The notes beneath the pieces are model-generated. The model was given only the letters and a program-made list of their open reading frames with translations. It ran no database searches and was not told where the DNA came from. A program made the translations under genes and the position numbers. DNA of 64,000 bases from assembly GCA_051362555.1 (NCBI GenBank), contig CM120641.1:28216401-28280400 (forward strand), written 5' to 3'. This document shows positions 58,743 to 64,000 of the stretch, piece by piece. The DNA comes from Lingula anatina. Its lineage: Eukaryota > Animalia > Brachiopoda. How positions within the stretch are numbered: the first letter of the stretch is position 1; each line of letters starts with the position of its first letter.

Positions 58743-61700
58743 GCAGTTAAACAGTTTTTTGTGAAAATTTAATTTTTCACATATTGGCATTTTCAAGGTG
58801 TGACTTTAAAGTTCCATGATCTTGAAGACTTTTGCTTGTCACATTTTCTGAATGTCCATGTTACTTATATTTTATTAATAACATTTGATTGTCATTATGC
58901 TGTTAAACATTATGTAATGTTGCATCAAAATTTGAAGAAACCCCTATTTTGGGCACTGCTCCTATGATGACCATTTAAGGGAAATCATGTCACTTACTGT
59001 TCTCAAACTTACAGGAAAGAAACATGGGTCTAACATACAGCTTCAATAGGCAACGCAGTCTGTTTGGTAAATTTTTCTGGCAATTTAACAGTTTTTTGTG
59101 AAAATTTAATTTTTCACTTATTTGCATCTTTATTTTCTGTTCTTTGTCTGTACATTTGACAGCTTTGCTGCCTTGTCTATTAATATTTATGATATTTAGG
59201 GAAAATCAGAAAGTTCATACTAGGCTGGTTCTGAAATGTCATCAGTTTTATTTATCTTTTCAACTTGAAAGTAAATGACAGAATATTTAGATATCTGTAA
59301 ATGCACTAGCATATTGCGGTTATTCACGTGGAAGGAAGGAAAGCATTTACTCTTTTGTGACCCCTGTTCAAATCTCCAGTAACATCTCGATCCTTCAAAT
59401 TGTATACCATCAGATTAAGGCAAAGATAATGAGGGTGTATATTGTATCTTCTGCAACCGTAAAATTACTTTTTTGTTGTAAGATAAGTTATGGGTGTAAG
59501 ATACACACAACCATAAACTTTTTGGATTCCTTGGTATTTTCTAGTAGGTATTTCTAATGCTATCATGCTCATCAAACCTAATAACAACTGATTAAAATGA
59601 TTGTGATAAGCAAAGTGTTGACATTGCATTAGGTGTCGGTATGCTTGAGTTGATTCAGGAATAATTGCCATCTAACACAAATTGAAAATATGTTACTAGA
59701 GTAAGTAAATATGTTATCAGAGAGAGTAACAGAAAAGGGCAACTTAAAATTGGAATCTGTGTAGTTATAAACTATGCACACCATAATATATTCTTTTTGT
59801 GAAAATCTTGTATCTGGTGTTGTTTATCTATTAAACCCATTTTAATTTTGCTAACTGATGTTCGGAGTTCCTTTGTTGATTTAGCAAAATTTATGTGATA
59901 TGTCAGAAGTTGAAAATATTTTATAATTTGAGAGATGTATGACAAATCGTGTAAAACATGACCATGTTATGATAATCTCCTCCATGTGTGTGTGTCAACA
60001 GGAAGTGCAGGCAGTCTGGTGTGATTATAAAGGCAAATGGTCTGGCTCAGCACCAGGACGTGTTATCATAAAGCTGCTGATTTGTCTGATGCTAAACACC
60101 TATTATACTAATTACTGGCTAATAGGCTGATATCTGTGTTTCTCCATCCTTTGGACAGGTATAATCTTACCTACATCAACATGACATGGCTTATAACAGT
60201 TGGAAATGATAGGGAGGTTTTAATTTTAGGAAGGCGGAATTTACTAGTGGTAGTTTTATCTGATCCAGTCTTTATGGTGTGAACTGTCTCGCCAGGTATA
60301 TGAAATGTGTAAGAACAATCACAAGGATCATTATTACATTCTTGGAAATGGAATAATAAATATTGGTGTAGTCTATGAATGAGACAAAATAATTTCCATT
60401 TATATATTTTGACCACCTATGGTGTTTAATGTGGTTTGCAAGGCAAGATCATATACATTAGGTGTCAGTTAACAGCTTTTAAATTGAGGCTCAACTCCTC
60501 GTGAAAAACACAATTTTATCATTTTTTTCAAGATGTTCAAGCACAACAACTGCCTGTTTGTCACCTTGGGGCCAGAAAGGAAGTCATAAAGTGTTCAGTA
60601 TCTTGTCATCTGTGTCTCACATGCCTTTGATGTGCAGCATTTTTTTCCATGAAGGACCTCCTGTTGAACCCTGTGATTGCTATCTTCACCCTGGTTAGCT
60701 GTTAAAGTGGTGTGATTAATTGTGCTCCGTACCCTGCAATCTTCTACTTCATCAAGGAGGTATCAAGGCCTCTTAACAATATGTCTAATTGTGGATATGT
60801 TCAACATCTGTGGAATTCTAGGGTTTATGATCAGTTAGCAGTATTGATTTTATTTGTAATTTGTAAAGAAAACTGATGTGCTCAAACATGTAGTTTGTGT
60901 AAAAGGTGGAAGTGATTTGTTAATTAAACACCCTCTCTCCCCTTGCTATTGTGTTTCATTTGGTTTGAAGTGTTATACTATGTTATAATACATTTATTGA
61001 CTGACTTAATATAAATGGCAGACATATAAAAATACATTCTTGCAAAAAAAAAAAAAAAAAAAAAAAATTGTGTCATCTATTTTAATTCACTAAAATTTAG
61101 AAATTTGTTGCTGTTGCATTTTATGCTAGAGTACATTTACTAGTATAAATGCTTGAGAATAAGGTATGTCATTTATGACTTAAGTTAGATATGGAAACAA
61201 CTGTTTTTGTGACAGGTTAGCACTTTAGCTATCACTTTAATGACATATTCCTCCAGCAAGGTTAAAAGTCATACCAATCACCTGAACTTTTCCTCAAGGC
61301 AGTCAACTGGATGAATCTGTTTTTGATGTTGTAAAAATATGAATGAAATCTGTGGGAAAGAAATAATGGTATCTTTTCAAAATTCAACGAACATGCTTTT
61401 AATGAAGAATTTCTTTTTCTAAGCTGAAGATTTTCTTTGCATGTCTCCGTGATGAATTTTTCTGGACTAGGTTGTTTAATGTCTCTTTCTTTTAGTTTTA
61501 AGATAAAATGTGAACCAGGAATGAGCTATAAGGGAGTAAGATTAGGTGTGTTCAAAAGTTTGTTTTAAAAGGTGAAATGTATCATTAGGGACAGAAATGG
61601 CCTCTGTTCTGAAGGAAATTGTTTCCTGTCAATACCCAAACCAGGAAATTAATGCTTCCTCTGAAACAGAAACACTTCATTTATAAACTCTATGATCTAC

Positions 61701-63896
61701 TCATACCCTTGGAATGATTGGCCCTACCTCTTTGTAATAAACACTTGTATTCACAAGCATTTAATCATCAGTGTCATTCTAGATTTTGTTTTTGAATATC
61801 AAATGAATAAGCCGTACAGGATTTTCTTCTCTTCAGCTTTGCTGAAAAAAAAAAAAAACAACTTAATTTTGAAGACCCTTAACATTAAGCTCATATGCTC
61901 TGAATGGTTAATGGATTGTCTTTTTGACAAACCCTAATGTGAATGCCATTATAGAATATTGTTCACTTTGCTGTGCTGTGTTGTTCCCAAAGTGGCAGGA
62001 AGTCTCTTTGTAAAGCCAAACAACATTGTGGTTAGAGATCTTTTGCCTTGTAGCCACAAATATGTAAGCGATCATTTAGTCCTAAAAAGTGTAGGAACCA
62101 GAGGCAGAGGAAATGGGTCTTTTTCTTGAAAATTGCTCCCCATTTACTGTTTAGATATCACGCCCATTGAATAAAAAAAACAGAAAGAGAGACTTCCCTG
62201 TCAGCTTGTCCATTTTTTTGGGTGACAGTTTTTACTGTCTCATTCACACCTGTGTAGCACCTGGGGCAAGTGGCACAGTCACACCGAAATAACTACCGCA
62301 AGGTTCATTGGTGAACAAAGTACACAAAAATTGTGTTGAAATGAGATGCTGTGGATAAATAAACTCTGCAAGCAAATATTAAAGGTGGAATAAAGGAAAA
62401 TAAACATAACCTGCTTTTGTGGAGGCTATAATATTTTTCCTTACTGGATGGAAAGAGAGGGAGGGAAACCACAGGAATTTATTACAAATTATGTATGCAA
62501 CCATTAGTCTAGCACAATCGGGGATAATCGGCTCTCTTCTTTCCTTTCTTAGCATTTTCACACAGTGTGAACCCTGGGTCCTCATGTTTGGCAAATTAGT
62601 CAGGATTCAAAACAGAGACAGACTGGCTACTGTTGGCTCATGACAAACCACCAGTCACTAATCTGTGCTTTTGTCTGCACAAGCCACTAGGTGGAAGAGT
62701 GTGCTAGTTGAGATGCCAGGAATAAAATGATTGCATTTGACTTTATGGAGTGAAAGATCAGATCAGCACAGCAAAATCCTCTATTAATTTTTACTGCCAG
62801 AAGTGTCTATGACAAATAACAAAGCAGTAACATATTGACTGAATATTGTTTGGTATCTGGATCATGAATCTAAGAAGAGTTTTATGTTTAAACAGGGCAA
62901 TTTCCAGGATCAGGGGTACAGGCTGTCCAAATTGGTCACCTGTAATTTCCTACAAAATTTCAGGCAGTCCAAACCAGCATTAAAAAAAAAAAAAAAACTC
63001 CATCTCACAAAGCCATTTTTGAAAGATTTGTAATGATACTGGCAGCCTTCCAAATGATGGCTGGATGGTTCAATGGGAAAAGCCTTTTGTTCAAATATAG
63101 TGAACTTGGTCTTCAAGGAAGATTATATATCTTTGTAGTTATGAAAGGCAGTATTTTTTCTTGCTAAAAATAACTGTTTCATTTTATTTATAAGATAAAA
63201 ATGTATTAATATAAGTAGTTGTAAAAAAGGGACTTGTTCTTTTAGCTTATCTCAACTTTTTTTCAAAGCTAGAAGACTATTTTAAAGTTAATAGAATGAG
63301 TATTTTTTTCTTTTTTGCATTAATGTTAACAACTCATTATTTTTTATTAGTATGAAAATTCTCTTTATTTGATCATAAAATGTCATGGTGTTATTTGTGT
63401 ACGGTCATGAAGTATTAGCTTCTGCAGAGACACATTTCTATTTATCACTCTTCTTCCTTTTCTTTATTTTGGAAAATGTTAATTATATATTTATTTACTT
63501 TTAAAAAAATTACAAATATAACTGCTAAAAATGTGAAAGAAACTCTTGGAATAGTTGAACATTTGTATGAGTTTGAAGATAATTGGAATACTTTTAAAAG
63601 ATTTAGAACAGAAGATAGTGAAAGTATCAAAACTAGAGTTTTTTTACTATAAAACTAATTGTATGCTTATATTTTTTTCACAGGTAAAAATTTCCTAACA
63701 CAACTGGTGAAAGCTCCTCCTGGCAGCAAGCTGTCTATAGGTTGTCCATACACTATACACATCCAGGGACAGAAACTGTGTGTCACCAGTGGTAGCCCAC
63801 CTAAACTGTACCAGACCTGGCAACTTAGTGATATCAGACGGTTTGGAACTGTGGAAGACAAATTTGTGTTTGAAGGGGGCTCACGATGTGGAAAGG
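43659..63896 (+). CDS. DOK7: Dok-7-like PH-PTB docking protein, first four exons; exon 1 interrupted by a transposon; gene continues beyond the right edge
   Basis: Exon 1 = 43659-43694 (MADSNVIEEGPV) + 48128-48148 (RFRDGKK|gt). Exon 2 48233-48278 (WKQRWCVLKKLSPVA). Exon 3 53752-53982 (DRLHISLYKDSNDR...SLEDFLG...HTMSVICQSQVLTFAFNNEETVIQWENKIKTHLGQ). Exon 4 63684-63896 (...KAPPGSKLS...TWQLSDIRRFGTVEDKFVFEGGSRCGK). Resembles human DOK7 (VEGQVKLRDGKKWKSRWLVLRKPSPVAD...WKLSDLRRYG...FIFEGGTRCG); GT-AG and phases are consistent. Confidence 0.93.
43695..48125 (-). mobile_element. Apparently autonomous pogo-superfamily (Fot-like/Passer-type DD35D) DNA transposon, 4431 bp
   Basis: 24-bp TIRs GACT(T/C)GCCCTTCAAGAAATCGACG (43695-43718; 48102-48125; 1 mismatch). 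TA at 43693-43694 and 48126-48127. Removing the element plus one TA restores the Dok-7 frame. Encodes an intact transposase. Confidence 0.95.
44606..47131 (-). CDS. Spliced pogo-type transposase, 675 aa: HTH_psq + CENP-B/Tc5-type HTH + DDE_1 (DD35D) + K/E/R coiled coil + C-terminal PHD finger
   Basis: Exons 47002-47131 (MPRKYNLEQLDAAV...EASRAFGVPVTTIGDHVS), 46447-46696 (...EEALIAYAMLMADWGFPL...ASDGWWWRLRQRHPELSLRK) and 44606-46253 (IYNVDET, LLQDNLAAH, TSHFLQPLD with 35 residues between D2 and D3; CTVC...CVVC-x4-H-x2-C...CHNC). GT-AG, phases 1 and 2, no internal stop; AATAAA overlaps the stop. Confidence 0.92.
54467..54572. mobile_element. 106-bp MITE, Harbinger-like, related to 5698-5913
   Basis: 34-bp imperfect TIRs GACCACATTCCCTTACCTAGATCAATCTAGCAGG and (reverse complement) CACCCTGTTCCCATACCTAGATCAATCTAGCAGG; TAA at 54464-54466 and 54573-54575. 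Confidence 0.7.
55251..55908 (+). repeat. Tandem array, 161-bp unit, 4 near-identical copies plus the start of a fifth
   Basis: GATAACAC starts at 55251, 55412, 55573, 55734, 55895. Confidence 0.95.
55909..57887 (-). mobile_element. Helentron/HINE element B of the same family, nested in A in opposite orientation
   Basis: 5' hairpin + (GTCGCC)n on the minus strand at ~57780-57887; ~160-bp units at ~57150-57775; 3' end AGACAAGGCAGCAAAGCTGTCAAATGTACAGACA at ~55909-55942. The flanks rejoin into one repeat unit (ACACAATATA...AAAAACGGATTGGCCAATTG). Confidence 0.75.
58687..58741. repeat. Poly(T) tract (~55 nt) inside element A
   Basis: Direct observation; absent from the paralogous unit at ~59060. 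Confidence 0.95.
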
Positions 63897-64000
63897 GTGA
63901 GGACTTTCTTTTTATTTTATTTGAAACTTTTGAAATTGTGAAAATAAAAACACATACAAGATGAAAGGGATGAAATTGTATATTTGATATTAGATGTATT

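Larger units (their letters stand above)
55155..59180 (+). mobile_element. Non-autonomous Helentron/HINE (DINE-1-like) element A, interrupted by element B
   Basis: 5' T-run + hairpin ATGTACAGACACA-GA-TGTGTCTGTACAT, (GTCGCC)n microsatellite, 161-bp tandem array, then 3' subterminal repeat TGTCTGTACAT + hairpin GACAGCTTTGCTGCC-TTGTCT at ~59145-59178; no TSD. Confidence 0.75.

Noticed and set aside
60002-60158. AG...GT-bounded segment in Dok-7 intron 3
   Set aside because: 157 nt would shift the frame, it has no similarity to Dok-7, and exons 3 and 4 already join in frame.

Overview
AT-rich animal genomic DNA with spliceosomal introns; the proteins and repeat types suggest a lophotrochozoan, probably a mollusc (inferred, not certain). 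Left to right: (1) the 5' part of TSC2/tuberin on the minus strand (19 coding exons, 797 codons in the window, running off the left edge); (2) a ~39 kb CpG-retaining domain holding a complete Pitx homeobox gene (minus strand, K50 homeodomain + OAR) with a likely alternative upstream first coding exon; (3) a Dok-7-like PH-PTB adaptor gene on the plus strand, running off the right edge. The main finding is a 4.43 kb, apparently intact pogo-superfamily DNA transposon inserted inside Dok-7 coding exon 1. It has a TA duplication, 24-bp TIRs and a spliced 675-aa transposase (psq-HTH, CENP-B/Tc5-type HTH, DD35D, coiled coil, C-terminal PHD finger). Removing it restores MADSNVIEEGPV-RFRDGKK. Other findings: two Helentron/DINE-like elements nested in opposite orientation in a Dok-7 intron, forming a multi-kb inverted repeat with 161-bp tandem arrays; two related Harbinger-like MITEs at the same 10-bp target, one of them a TSC2 splice donor; an 81-bp MITE with a 9-bp TSD; and sharp CpG-density boundaries consistent with mosaic gene-body methylation. 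All calls are by eye; no database searches were run.
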